A DNA stretch of 64,000 nt from Paraspadella gotoi (taxonomy: Eukaryota; Animalia; Chaetognatha): the NCBI GenBank assembly GCA_051294375.1, contig CM119268.1, positions 7,150,861 to 7,214,860 of the forward strand, written 5' to 3'. Under the pieces are notes generated by a model. The model was not told the origin of the DNA, made no database searches, and saw nothing but the letters and a program-made list of their open reading frames with translations. Shown here in pieces: positions 49,816-64,000 of this stretch; position 1 is the stretch's first letter, and each line of letters opens with the position of its first letter. A program made the position numbers and the translations under genes.

Positions 49816-51187
49816 TACAGAGACAAGACAGATACAGAGACAAAGAGAAAAAAAAAAAGGAAAGATGGAAAAGGTGGGAAGGCGTGAAAAACCGGATCAA
49901 CGAGTTTCCATTGTGAGGTGTTTTGGAATCCGGTTCACCGATCGAAGGCAGCGAGGGAGATGGTCCGATTCGGTGAGCTATCTGGATGATCTCGTGGTTC
50001 GCTTGCACACTGAGTCCACAGTTGTATTGATATGTCGTCGATGTTTGGTATTCGTAGATATCTGGTTTATTTTTTATAAATTTCTTTATTTCTACCGACC
50101 CGGTGTGATGCATTTAACAAAAATGCCCTTGATTAATTTATTAGTAACGAAGGATCAAACATGAGTCAGTTAGGCGTTGCTGGAAAATTTAAAATAAAAA
50201 TATGTCAAAGTCTATATATGACACACAAATTAATTTAAAAATGGTCAGAATGCGTCGCGACTTGAATAGAAATATGAATTAGGGAAAAAAACACTTGATT
50301 AATAAAAATAATGCAAAAAAAAATTAGAGCTAAACAAAAAAACAACTTCAAACTCTATAACCATGGAACAGGCGACGCCAGTGACTAGAGTCCCTGAGCA
50401 GCCAAGCTTTTTGGTGATCCTTCTTTCTCTCTCTCTCTCTCTCTCTATCCTCCTCTCGTCTCTCTCTCTAATCTCTCTCTTCTCTCTCTCTCTCTCTCTC
50501 TCACTGCCTGTCTGTGCGCCAGAGACGTCATTAAGTGGAGTCAGCGTCCAGGTCGAGGCGTCAGATCCATCCTCATCAGACGCCGGTTAATTGCCGGCGG
50601 GCCGGCGTCGCGCCGGTTTATTTGGCGACGCGCGCGTTGGTCGCTAAAAATCACGGCGTCCGCTGCGGCGCCAACGACGTTTCGCGCCAAGCGACGTGCC
50701 AGGAACTGTTGACGCTGCGTCCATTTGCTCGTCATTTTTTGCGTTACATTGAATCATTTGTTTTTCTTCTTGTTCATATTGTATTCATGTACTTTATATT
50801 ATAGTTATGGAAAAAGCGTACTCTTGTTAACTGTCTACCAAAAATCGTACTTTCGGCATTGCGAACTGGAAATGAGACGGACAGGACCGAGAGACCGTCT
50901 ATCAAATCGACTTACAGATGTTGATGCCTGTTTTGATTCTTCAGCGACAAGGGAATCCGATTTTTTTTTTCATTCGCCAGATAGAAAAAAAAAATTTATG
51001 GTGAACGTAGATGTCCTTTGTTTGCGTAGAGACGAAAAACGAGGAGGCGGGGGACAAAGATCAAGGCTGTAGAAAAGAGGAGAACTAAAACGTAGACGAA
51101 GTCTGAGAATTATGAGGGGAAAGGAAGAGAGGGAGAGAGGGAAGGGAGAGAGGCAGGGAGAGAGAGAGAGAGAGAGAGATGAGAGAG

Positions 51188-51238
<51 letters not shown>

Positions 51239-52751
51239 GATTGGAAAAAGGGAGACATAAAGGGGGGATAAAAGGATAAGAGAGAGCGAGAGAGAGAGAG
51301 AGAGAGAGAGAGAAGAGAGAGCAGAGAGAAGATGAGAATGAGAGTATGTTAGAGAGAGAGAGGATAGACGATTCGGGCCAATAGGCAAGCTCCGCTTAAT
51401 CCGACTCCAATTTATCATTTAATCCGTCGGCGTGGCGACGGGGCGAAAAAAAGGCAAGAGCGTCGATGTCGCACCGGGTTGACATGCCGTCAAGGTCCGC
51501 AATCACCTGGCGCCATGGCGCCATGGCGCCATCGCCACGGAAGTACAAAAAATGGAACAACGTTTCTCCCTTTTTTGAAGGGCGAGTGGCCCCGGGTTTG
51601 GTGGCCTTCGTCTGATTAGTAGGAAAACGGGGGAGAGAAAAAGATGGCCGTTTTGGTGATGCGGAAGAAGAAGTCGCTCTCTAATTGGTTGAGAGGAAAA
51701 AATTGAAAACAAATGGTTCTGATTGGTTGGAAAAAGGAATAGAAACTAATGGATCTTATGTCCGAGAATAAAAGCTTAAAATGAATTACTGATTGTTGAG
51801 ATAGGTAAAATTTAAAAAAAAATAGTGGATCGAATTGTGCTAGGGGGTGATGAATGATGATGATGATGATGGATATTTAATGGAATTGGCCGAAGGAAAG
51901 CGAAAGGAAAGATTTCTAGTCCTTAATCCTTAAAACAAAGTTTGAAGAAAAATTACGCTACTTCAAGTTTGCTAAACCGTACGTATAGACCAGGGGCTAG
52001 ATATACAAAAAAAAACATTAACAACGAATTTAATTTTGACAAATGTTGTAATAGTTATGTTTGTAGATGGTACTTGTATAGATGTTCCCTCTATTTCCAG
52101 AACACAACACTAACAACCCTTTCCCATTAATAATATAATATTTCAGATTTAGATTATCAAAAACCAAAATTAATATAAAATAATATAATAATAAAAATAA
52201 AAATATAGAATTATAATATATATTTTTAATGAAAATTATAAATCTAATACTTAAAATAAACAACAAATATAAAAATTATCCATTCATTTAATAACAAGCT
52301 ATTTTGCCCCTGACTTTGGGCAGGCTTTGGTGGTTTAAGGCCTCCATCATCTGACAAGATAATGACATAGCAGGTCCCTGCAAGCTTTTAATCAAGACTC
52401 TCTCACAGTCTCGTTTATTCACTTCCCAGAGTACCTGGCTTCCCTATCAATGAAGTGGTACATATGCTTCAAAAATGTTTCCAAATGTATATATTGTATT
52501 TATATTCTTTCTTTACTTTTCACGACTCCAAAACAATTTTTTTTTTTATCTGAGTCTCTTTTATGTTTTCTTTGTCTCCGGCTTCATTCCTTTCTCATCA
52601 GTCGCCTTACCTCGGTAGGACTTCTCCGCGCGGGCGGTACACATCCCTCAACTTTCTGGAGCGAACTCATTCGTCTCCTGCTTGCCAATCCGAGACTCTG
52701 GGCTGAGATAGATCATAATAGATAAAGGGACTCTGTCTCTCTCTCTCTCTT

Positions 52752-52802
<51 letters not shown>

Positions 52803-53325
52803 TCTCTCTCTCTCTCCCTGCGATGGAATGAGGACAGGGAACTGATTTGGAAGAAAAAGTACTGTATTTAGAAACTCTCTCTCTCCTCTCTCTCTCTCTT
52901 ATCCCTCTCCTCTCTCTCCTCTCTCTATAGTGATAGAATGAGGACGGGCAACTGATTTGGAAGAAAAAGTTACTTGTAATTAGAAACTCTCTCTCACACC
53001 ACTCTCTCTCTCTCTCTCCTCCTCTCTCTAAATGATTGTAAAATTTTCTGTTTGGGTCTCTCTTCGAGGGAAAATTCAATCAGAGAGAGATCAAGATGAG
53101 AGAAACAGAGAGAAGGTTTGATCCTTGACGAGAAACAAAACAACTTGAACTCTCTTTCTTATACCACAAAACCAAAAAAGGGTTCGCCACTCAACCACAA
53201 AACCCACGTCATATCACCGCCTTTTACCACAAGTCCTTTTTATTTTTCGCGACGGAGAAAAATCTAGGGATTTGATGATGAAGGAAAGGAGAATTTCGGA
53301 GTAATCCGGGTGCCGGAGAGAGAGA

Positions 53326-53379
<54 letters not shown>

Positions 53380-53533
53380 GGAGAGAGAGAGGGAGGAGAG
53401 AGAAGAGAGAAATCGTCGAGCTATCATCGTCGAAAGTCGAAAGGCTTCCCGTTGAAAAGTGGGACGAAGAAAATTGGAGGAGAGAAGAGAGAAAGAAGGA
53501 AAGAAAGAATTAAGAGTGAAGGTTTAAAAGGAA

Positions 53534-53573
<40 letters not shown>

Positions 53574-54638
53574 AGAGAGAGAAGAGAAAAGAGAGAGAGA
53601 CAGCAATGAAAGCCAAATTCACGATTCCGATGATGACAGAGGACAATGATCATTTTTGGAAATAAATAATAAGATAACATATTTCACCTTAAATGGCATA
53701 ACAAATGTCAAAATGGGACGGCAATAAGTGATTTTCGTACCATAAATCGTTTTTCCTTAAATAGTAGTTGTCAAGAAACTTGCGATTTCACTATTGCTTG
53801 TTTTTTTCTTGTCGATCATCCCATTTTTGTCCAGTTGACATTTTTGTCTATATTAGTATTAGTATTATTAAATATTATTATAATATATGTATCTGTGTTG
53901 GGGCCGCGCGTTCCCCTTCGCGTTTTGGATCGAAAATGAAGCATCTTCCCTGCGGTCCTGGATTGGCGGGCCTGGACCAATCACCATCGAGAATTGGAGA
54001 AGATAATTTTACCTTTTTTCCGCGGTTTCGCGCGCAGCCATTGAGGAAACGCGTTGGTCGTAGTATATTTTGTGATGCATTTGATCTTGTAAAACGGACG
54101 GCCAACCCGTTTTCAACCCAGTCGAGGTTATTATTATTGCGACGCACGATATTCTTAATTTGTTTTTTAACTTGTTTTTACCCTGTTTTAACTATTTTTT
54201 TTTAAATTGTTTTATTTGATTTTAAACGTTTATTCGTGCCTTTTTACGTTGATACTAATACATGTTTCTTTCTAACCTCACTAACCTTCGAATTCGTGGC
54301 CGGAGCAATTTAGGTTATTCTGAGTACAAGATCAAAACAATTATTATTAGTATTATTCTCTTTGCTCAGTCATGTGGATGAGCTTAAGCGTTTAACTTGT
54401 CAGTCAGCTTGGCTTTTTTTATTTCTTTCTTAAACAAGTTATATACTATATAGTTTTCTGGTGGGGCTCTAAGAGATGGTGATCAGTTTATGTCTGACTG
54501 TCTGTCTTTAGACTGTCCGTCCTCCGTCTGTCTCTCCTAAGAGAAGAGAATTCTCACTAGTTTGTTTTGAGTCCTCGCAAAACGAGATTGAGAATAAGGA
54601 AAACGATCAATCAATAGCCGGAATCAGCCCCTGTCTCC

Positions 54639-54669
<31 letters not shown>

Positions 54670-56310
54670 TTCTTTCTCTCTCTCTTCTCTCCGTCCTTCT
54701 TTCCCTCCCTCTTACCCTATTTTTCAAATATTTTGCTGTAAGAATTCGACAAATTTTGCAAAAAAGTGGAAAGTTTTAGGAATTTTTTTTTCCTCTCGAG
54801 CTTCTAAGTAAAGTGATACCAATCTCATGTTATCGCATTCAGTCGAATTCAGTCGAATTTGGTTACATTCAGTTTCATTTAATCTCATCCACTCTATAAT
54901 TTTTTTAAGGTCTTGATATAGTCTCCTTCAATTTTATCTTAGTCACATTCATTCTCATTTATTCACTTTAATTCAGTACATTCAGTCTCTGCAAGCTGAT
55001 GCAGTCTCACTCAGCTATATTCGGTTTTATTCCAGCCACAAGACTCATGTACTCTTTTTTAGCTTTATTCAGTCTTATTCAGTCTCATTCAGTTTTTGAC
55101 AGTCTCATGAGTCTCATTCTGCCCTATTCAGTCTCATTTAGTCAATTCAGTCTCATCAGTCTCCGCAAGGCTCATGCAGTCTCATTAAGCCTTATTCAGT
55201 CTCATTCAGTCACATCAGTCTCTGCAAGGCTCATGCAGGCTCATTCAGTCTTATTCAGTGTCATTCAGTCACATCAGTCTTTTCAAGGCTCATGCAGTCA
55301 CATTCAGTCCCGTTCAGGTCTCATTCATTCCACACTTCCAGAATAAAGAAGAATTTTGAATCGTAGAGGAGAAAGGTTTAGGATTTGGGCCGCTGACTTC
55401 CGCTGCCGACACCGCGCGACGCCCTGGCGGCTTTCCGACGCCGTTTGCCGACACATTGCCCCGGCGACGCTTCCCTCGTCGAGTCTCAGGTGAAAACCGA
55501 TGATTAATTCATGAGAAATTTTGAGATTTCGGTCGACGGAGGAGAAGGAGGAGGAAGAGGAGGCGGCGGCGGAAGCGGTAGTGAAAGCGGTGGTGGAGTC
55601 GGTAGTGGAAGCGGTGGTGGAAGCGGTGGCGGAAGCAGGTAGTGGAGCGGTGGTGGAGTCGGTAGTGGAAGCGGTGGGTGGAAGCGGTGGCGGAAGCGGT
55701 AGTGGAAGCGTGGAGGAAGCAGTGGTGGAGGCAGAGGGAAGAGGCGGTGGTAAAAAGGGTTTTGGAGGAGGCAGTGGGGGAGTCGTGGTGGGACGCTGGC
55801 CAGTGGTTGAGGCGGTGGTAAAGTCAAAGGCAATAGTGGTCAGAAGGTGGTTGTATTTGTGGGTAATGCAAGGCTGTGTTGGTAAGAAAGCAGTGGTACA
55901 TTTATGGGTAGACGGCGGAGGCAATATAGAAGTGGTGGAGCGGATGCGGAGGCGGATGAGGAGGCGGAGAGGAGGCGGTACGGTGGTGGAGGCGGAGGCC
56001 GGCGGCGGAGGCGGAAGCGGAGCGTGGCGGATGCGGAGCCTGGTGAGATATGAAAAGTGGAAGAGGAAAAGGAGAGGAAGAGGAAGAAGAGGAAGAGAAA
56101 ATAGGAACGGGGCGTCCATGTATGAAGGAGGAGTTGACAAGGCGACCATACATAGGACCTTAGAGGCCAGTTTGTTACGCCTCTCTGTTTCACGTGCTCA
56201 ATCATATCCTCTCTCTCTCTTTGTCTCTCCTCTCTGTCTCTCACTCTCTCTTTCTCTCTTTTCACCTCTCTCTCTCTCTCTCTCTCTTTCTCTTTGTATC
56301 TCTGTCTTAG

Positions 56311-56351
<41 letters not shown>

Positions 56352-56873
56352 CTTTATCTTGCGTCTTTGAATATTTTTGAATATATTTTTCTTTCTCATG
56401 CTTTTAAGATTCTTATTTTGTTTTGCAACTTGTTTTTTTTCTCGATCTCACGTTTTCACGCCTTTTACCGTGAATAAGAAAAACGGAAATTGAAAATGTT
56501 TGTTTAAAAAAAGGTTCAATTTAATTTGTCAAAAATGACAATTGACTGAGAGTAACTGAACTGAAAATTGACAAATTTTGTTCTTAAAAATGTTGAAATG
56601 AATTAAAAAAAACAAATAAACAAACAAAATGTCAAATTACAAAGTATTAGGCTTTTCTTAGAAATATCGTGACCCCAGATCAAAACATAAATTCTTCCTC
56701 TCACGGATTTTATGGTGAATCGGCCTCACAAAATGTCTCTCTTCTTGCCTCTCACGTCCTGAGCGAAGACGGGCCAGCCTTTCTATTCTTTTTCTTTGGT
56801 GCGATGCAAGAAGATATGAATGACGATGACGACAACCATAACGAGGCTAAAGACGACGACGACGACGACGACG
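47178..56873 (+). repeat. Duplicated block 2, copy 3 (extends ~0.6 kb further)
   Basis: Essentially identical to copy 2 up to ~56.06 kb; bounded by 25-N gaps 47153-47177 and 56874-56898. Confidence 0.97.
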
Positions 56874-56898
56874 NNNNNNNNNNNNNNNNNNNNNNNNN

Positions 56899-57873
56899 CC
56901 GAAGCAGACGAGGACAACAATACGTACGCGCCAATCTCATCCTCTGCTCATCTAATCAATAATGGCCGGAGAATATGATGATGATGAGGGGAAGAGCGGG
57001 AGGAGAAGAGGAGGCATGTATAGGAGCCAAGCGTCTGGTTGCGAAGCATTGAGTTCTATGGATTATATTTATTCAATTATTTTATACAATATAATATTTA
57101 TATCTTAATATAAAAATTAAATATTATAAATTTTTACATTTTTTAAATAAAAGAGGAAGAACAGAAATTGTGTTATTGATGAAAAACTAATAAAGTTATA
57201 AACAATTTGTTATTAATAAAATTATTATTTGTAATAATAAACTTTCTTTTTTTTTAAATACAAAATTAAAAAAAGCTTTAAATAAATTGAATTTTATTTG
57301 AATATATAATAAAAATAAATTTAATCTAAAACTTCATAATAAAATTATATTATAATTTTTACTCTTTATAACTCTTTATAACTCTTTATACATTTGTTAT
57401 AACTCTTTATCATTAAATCTCTAGTTGTCAAACCTCGCTAAGCTATACCCTCATGGGAGGAGTAGGACTGGCAAGGGGGAGGAAGGATATATTGAGGAAA
57501 GGGTAGAGGAAGGGACGATCCCCGCATCGATTTAAACTTTCGCCTCGACGTATGAATATTTAGCGGGGATCGCCTTCCCCAGGGGACCAACGGGGAAATA
57601 CGAAGAAAAAGTAAGGGGGAAAAAAGAAATATAAAAACAAGAAAAGAGCATCAAGCTATACACCGCCGTATGGAAAGATTGAAATAGAAAAAAAAAGAGG
57701 TGAGAAGAGAGAGAGAGACGAGAGAGAGAGAGAGAGAGAGAAGAAGAGAGAGAGAAGGAGAGAGAGAGAAGAGAGAAACGTATAGAATACGATACAAGGG
57801 AAAAAATCGAGGGAATATCGGTTTTCGTGTCTGTCACCAGCCAGAATCGCAGCCTGGGGAATCTGAATCCAAG

Positions 57874-57915
<42 letters not shown>

Positions 57916-59501
57916 AGAGAAAGGAGAGAGAGAGGGAGAGAGAGAGGCGACCTCACCCTTTTTCCCCGAAATTCTTCATGTTTGATGCCTGGCAACTCGG
58001 AGCCGCGCTCGCGGGCGAGAGAGAGAGAGAGAGAGAGAGAGATGAGAGAAGAGAGAGAGAGAGAGAGAGAGACGAGAGAGCGTTCGGGCGAGAAAAGGGT
58101 AATTTGCCGTCGTGAGGGAAGCGCAGATAGAATGAAAAACCGTTGATGGAATGCGTGAGACCATGGCGGTGGGGCGGGAGGGGGGAAGAGGAGGTATAGG
58201 GAAACGGGGGGGAATTTAGGTATGGAATGCCGGAGAGAGGTAGGAGAGGAAGGTGGTTATAACGAACGAGAGGAAGGTGGTTACAATCACGAAAAAATAG
58301 CCAAAATGACAATATGAGAAAAACCAAACGGCACTGTACAAGAACAAGACCACTAAAATTAATGCAAGAAATCAGTAATTGAATTTTGTAAAATTAGTAA
58401 TAATCAATTGAGGGTGAAAAGGCAAAACAATATATGATGTATGATATCCAGAGCGAAATAATATAGTCTACCAGAAGGCCAGTAAATGAATAAAGCTGGA
58501 ACAGGGGGAAAGAAAGCAAGAGAAAGGGAGAACGAAAAAATCGACTTTGTCAGAAACGGGAAAGAAAGAAACAAGGAACGGTTATTCTAGAGGGTTGCGC
58601 CGCATTATTTTCTTTTTACTAATCAATAATCCTTAAATAGTTTATAGATTTTATTTGGTAGATCATGAATGTTAGGTTAACCTTTCTTTTTTATTTGTAC
58701 TTTGATAAGTGCAAATCAAAGTGTTTTAATGATTTTTACAAACGAATAATAATAATAACAGAATCTTGTTGTAAAAAAATATTATAACTTTGGTTTTTTC
58801 TACTAAAGATTTCTTAAAAACAAAAGGCGGCGCCAGTAGTCGTTTAGATTTGATTTTGTAACAAATGAGCAACAAACTATAAGAAAGCTTCTAAGCGTTT
58901 TTTAAAGTAAGTGGACAGACCGACGAGCAAACATGACTGGACGGACGACGCGACCGAATAGTGGACTTATAGAGTTGCTCCGCGAGTACTCGCGGCGCAA
59001 CTAAAAAGTGACTCCAGGTTCTCACGGCGCCTCGAGTAAAGCGGAATGCAGAACGAGAATGTGAACCTGAAGGTCGAGGGTGAAATGTGAAGCGTCGAAG
59101 TGGGTCAGCGTCGTAAATGTGAAAAAATTCGGTTGAAAACGAGAGAAAGTGAGGAAAAGATGTTTAAAACCTCAGAGGAGCGTCCAAGGTTGAACGGCGG
59201 CGAATGTAAGCGAAAATCGTCAGCGAAGAAAACGGGAGTTGAAAATGATTTTTTTTTTTTGTGAGAAAGAATGAAAAAAAGTGGGAAAATGTCGAAAGAC
59301 TTTGTTGTCGCAGCTGAGGTTAAATGAAATATGATGAGGGAGAGTGTAATGACGTTTGGCATGATACATATATACACCTTTGTAGCAGGTACTAAGTACA
59401 GTAATACAGTATTCGTCTGGCGCAAATGAGTTTGCGTAAACCAAAGAGAAGGAGGGGGAAAGAGGGAGGGAGAGGAGAGAGAGGAGAGAGAGAAAGAGAA
59501 G

Positions 59502-59536
<35 letters not shown>

Positions 59537-60908
59537 TACAGAGACAAGACAGATACAGAGACAAAGAGAAAAAAAAAAAGGAAAGATGGAAAAGGTGGGA
59601 AGGCGTGAAAAACCGGATCAACGAGTTTCCATTGTGAGGTGTTTTGGAATCCGGTTCACCGATCGAAGGCAGCGAGGGAGATGGTCCGATTCGGTGAGCT
59701 ATCTGGATGATCTCGTGGTTCGCTTGCACACTGAGTCCACAGTTGTATTGATATGTCGTCGATGTTTGGTATTCGTAGATATCTGGTTTATTTTTTATAA
59801 ATTTCTTTATTTCTACCGACCCGGTGTGATGCATTTAACAAAAATGCCCTTGATTAATTTATTAGTAACGAAGGATCAAACATGAGTCAGTTAGGCGTTG
59901 CTGGAAAATTTAAAATAAAAATATGTCAAAGTCTATATATGACACACAAATTAATTTAAAAATGGTCAGAATGCGTCGCGACTTGAATAGAAATATGAAT
60001 TAGGGAAAAAAACACTTGATTAATAAAAATAATGCAAAAAAAAATTAGAGCTAAACAAAAAAACAACTTCAAACTCTATAACCATGGAACAGGCGACGCC
60101 AGTGACTAGAGTCCCTGAGCAGCCAAGCTTTTTGGTGATCCTTCTTTCTCTCTCTCTCTCTCTCTCTATCCTCCTCTCGTCTCTCTCTCTAATCTCTCTC
60201 TTCTCTCTCTCTCTCTCTCTCTCACTGCCTGTCTGTGCGCCAGAGACGTCATTAAGTGGAGTCAGCGTCCAGGTCGAGGCGTCAGATCCATCCTCATCAG
60301 ACGCCGGTTAATTGCCGGCGGGCCGGCGTCGCGCCGGTTTATTTGGCGACGCGCGCGTTGGTCGCTAAAAATCACGGCGTCCGCTGCGGCGCCAACGACG
60401 TTTCGCGCCAAGCGACGTGCCAGGAACTGTTGACGCTGCGTCCATTTGCTCGTCATTTTTTGCGTTACATTGAATCATTTGTTTTTCTTCTTGTTCATAT
60501 TGTATTCATGTACTTTATATTATAGTTATGGAAAAAGCGTACTCTTGTTAACTGTCTACCAAAAATCGTACTTTCGGCATTGCGAACTGGAAATGAGACG
60601 GACAGGACCGAGAGACCGTCTATCAAATCGACTTACAGATGTTGATGCCTGTTTTGATTCTTCAGCGACAAGGGAATCCGATTTTTTTTTTCATTCGCCA
60701 GATAGAAAAAAAAAATTTATGGTGAACGTAGATGTCCTTTGTTTGCGTAGAGACGAAAAACGAGGAGGCGGGGGACAAAGATCAAGGCTGTAGAAAAGAG
60801 GAGAACTAAAACGTAGACGAAGTCTGAGAATTATGAGGGGAAAGGAAGAGAGGGAGAGAGGGAAGGGAGAGAGGCAGGGAGAGAGAGAGAGAGAGAGAGA
60901 TGAGAGAG

Positions 60909-60959
<51 letters not shown>

Positions 60960-62472
60960 GATTGGAAAAAGGGAGACATAAAGGGGGGATAAAAGGATAA
61001 GAGAGAGCGAGAGAGAGAGAGAGAGAGAGAGAGAAGAGAGAGCAGAGAGAAGATGAGAATGAGAGTATGTTAGAGAGAGAGAGGATAGACGATTCGGGCC
61101 AATAGGCAAGCTCCGCTTAATCCGACTCCAATTTATCATTTAATCCGTCGGCGTGGCGACGGGGCGAAAAAAAGGCAAGAGCGTCGATGTCGCACCGGGT
61201 TGACATGCCGTCAAGGTCCGCAATCACCTGGCGCCATGGCGCCATGGCGCCATCGCCACGGAAGTACAAAAAATGGAACAACGTTTCTCCCTTTTTTGAA
61301 GGGCGAGTGGCCCCGGGTTTGGTGGCCTTCGTCTGATTAGTAGGAAAACGGGGGAGAGAAAAAGATGGCCGTTTTGGTGATGCGGAAGAAGAAGTCGCTC
61401 TCTAATTGGTTGAGAGGAAAAAATTGAAAACAAATGGTTCTGATTGGTTGGAAAAAGGAATAGAAACTAATGGATCTTATGTCCGAGAATAAAAGCTTAA
61501 AATGAATTACTGATTGTTGAGATAGGTAAAATTTAAAAAAAAATAGTGGATCGAATTGTGCTAGGGGGTGATGAATGATGATGATGATGATGGATATTTA
61601 ATGGAATTGGCCGAAGGAAAGCGAAAGGAAAGATTTCTAGTCCTTAATCCTTAAAACAAAGTTTGAAGAAAAATTACGCTACTTCAAGTTTGCTAAACCG
61701 TACGTATAGACCAGGGGCTAGATATACAAAAAAAAACATTAACAACGAATTTAATTTTGACAAATGTTGTAATAGTTATGTTTGTAGATGGTACTTGTAT
61801 AGATGTTCCCTCTATTTCCAGAACACAACACTAACAACCCTTTCCCATTAATAATATAATATTTCAGATTTAGATTATCAAAAACCAAAATTAATATAAA
61901 ATAATATAATAATAAAAATAAAAATATAGAATTATAATATATATTTTTAATGAAAATTATAAATCTAATACTTAAAATAAACAACAAATATAAAAATTAT
62001 CCATTCATTTAATAACAAGCTATTTTGCCCCTGACTTTGGGCAGGCTTTGGTGGTTTAAGGCCTCCATCATCTGACAAGATAATGACATAGCAGGTCCCT
62101 GCAAGCTTTTAATCAAGACTCTCTCACAGTCTCGTTTATTCACTTCCCAGAGTACCTGGCTTCCCTATCAATGAAGTGGTACATATGCTTCAAAAATGTT
62201 TCCAAATGTATATATTGTATTTATATTCTTTCTTTACTTTTCACGACTCCAAAACAATTTTTTTTTTTATCTGAGTCTCTTTTATGTTTTCTTTGTCTCC
62301 GGCTTCATTCCTTTCTCATCAGTCGCCTTACCTCGGTAGGACTTCTCCGCGCGGGCGGTACACATCCCTCAACTTTCTGGAGCGAACTCATTCGTCTCCT
62401 GCTTGCCAATCCGAGACTCTGGGCTGAGATAGATCATAATAGATAAAGGGACTCTGTCTCTCTCTCTCTCTT

Positions 62473-62523
<51 letters not shown>

Positions 62524-63046
62524 TCTCTCTCTCTCTCCCTGCGATGGAATGAGGACAGGGAACTGATTTGGAAGAAAAAGTACTGTATTTAGAAACTCTC
62601 TCTCTCCTCTCTCTCTCTCTTATCCCTCTCCTCTCTCTCCTCTCTCTATAGTGATAGAATGAGGACGGGCAACTGATTTGGAAGAAAAAGTTACTTGTAA
62701 TTAGAAACTCTCTCTCACACCACTCTCTCTCTCTCTCTCCTCCTCTCTCTAAATGATTGTAAAATTTTCTGTTTGGGTCTCTCTTCGAGGGAAAATTCAA
62801 TCAGAGAGAGATCAAGATGAGAGAAACAGAGAGAAGGTTTGATCCTTGACGAGAAACAAAACAACTTGAACTCTCTTTCTTATACCACAAAACCAAAAAA
62901 GGGTTCGCCACTCAACCACAAAACCCACGTCATATCACCGCCTTTTACCACAAGTCCTTTTTATTTTTCGCGACGGAGAAAAATCTAGGGATTTGATGAT
63001 GAAGGAAAGGAGAATTTCGGAGTAATCCGGGTGCCGGAGAGAGAGA

Positions 63047-63100
<54 letters not shown>

Positions 63101-63254
63101 GGAGAGAGAGAGGGAGGAGAGAGAAGAGAGAAATCGTCGAGCTATCATCGTCGAAAGTCGAAAGGCTTCCCGTTGAAAAGTGGGACGAAGAAAATTGGAG
63201 GAGAGAAGAGAGAAAGAAGGAAAGAAAGAATTAAGAGTGAAGGTTTAAAAGGAA

Positions 63255-63294
<40 letters not shown>

Positions 63295-64000
63295 AGAGAG
63301 AGAAGAGAAAAGAGAGAGAGACAGCAATGAAAGCCAAATTCACGATTCCGATGATGACAGAGGACAATGATCATTTTTGGAAATAAATAATAAGATAACA
63401 TATTTCACCTTAAATGGCATAACAAATGTCAAAATGGGACGGCAATAAGTGATTTTCGTACCATAAATCGTTTTTCCTTAAATAGTAGTTGTCAAGAAAC
63501 TTGCGATTTCACTATTGCTTGTTTTTTTCTTGTCGATCATCCCATTTTTGTCCAGTTGACATTTTTGTCTATATTAGTATTAGTATTATTAAATATTATT
63601 ATAATATATGTATCTGTGTTGGGGCCGCGCGTTCCCCTTCGCGTTTTGGATCGAAAATGAAGCATCTTCCCTGCGGTCCTGGATTGGCGGGCCTGGACCA
63701 ATCACCATCGAGAATTGGAGAAGATAATTTTACCTTTTTTCCGCGGTTTCGCGCGCAGCCATTGAGGAAACGCGTTGGTCGTAGTATATTTTGTGATGCA
63801 TTTGATCTTGTAAAACGGACGGCCAACCCGTTTTCAACCCAGTCGAGGTTATTATTATTGCGACGCACGATATTCTTAATTTGTTTTTTAACTTGTTTTT
63901 ACCCTGTTTTAACTATTTTTTTTTAAATTGTTTTATTTGATTTTAAACGTTTATTCGTGCCTTTTTACGTTGATACTAATACATGTTTCTTTCTAACCTC
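56899..64000 (+). repeat. Duplicated block 2, copy 4 (runs off window)
   Basis: Same start sequence, offset 9721 from copy 3, identical ORF set. Confidence 0.97.

Noticed and set aside
38043-64000. A 9-kb tandem amplification as a novel biological array
   Set aside because: Identical start points after 25-N spacers and shared sequencing-type indels indicate an assembly artefact.

Overview
Eukaryotic (probably invertebrate) draft-genome window. It is AT-rich with no obvious CpG depletion, full of (GA/TC)n microsatellites and N gaps; no prokaryotic genes, rRNA or CRISPR array. Almost all ORFs in the supplied track are artefacts of low-complexity DNA or N runs. Supportable content: (1) a spliced minus-strand gene at 1-4.7 kb (possibly to 5.9 kb) whose joined exons give a divergent CAP/SCP (PR-1/Ag5/CRISP)-like domain plus a long low-complexity tail, with a stop or frameshift problem in one exon; (2) several small mobile elements: three Helentron/DINE-1-type non-autonomous elements, two different tRNA-headed SINEs that share a structured central domain with compensatory base changes, a Penelope-type minimal hammerhead motif, TTAA-flanked MITEs, a 1.5-kb TIR element with its empty site visible in the window, and a dispersed element with Penelope-like partial tandem structure; (3) two large duplications (12.4-17.2 kb repeated at 17.3-23.5 kb; 30.0-38.0 kb repeated three more times from 38.0 kb to the end). 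Every extra copy starts right after an exact 25-N spacer. These are most likely long-read gap-filling artefacts carrying a second haplotype, which exposes insertion/deletion polymorphisms. All assignments are by eye, without database searches.
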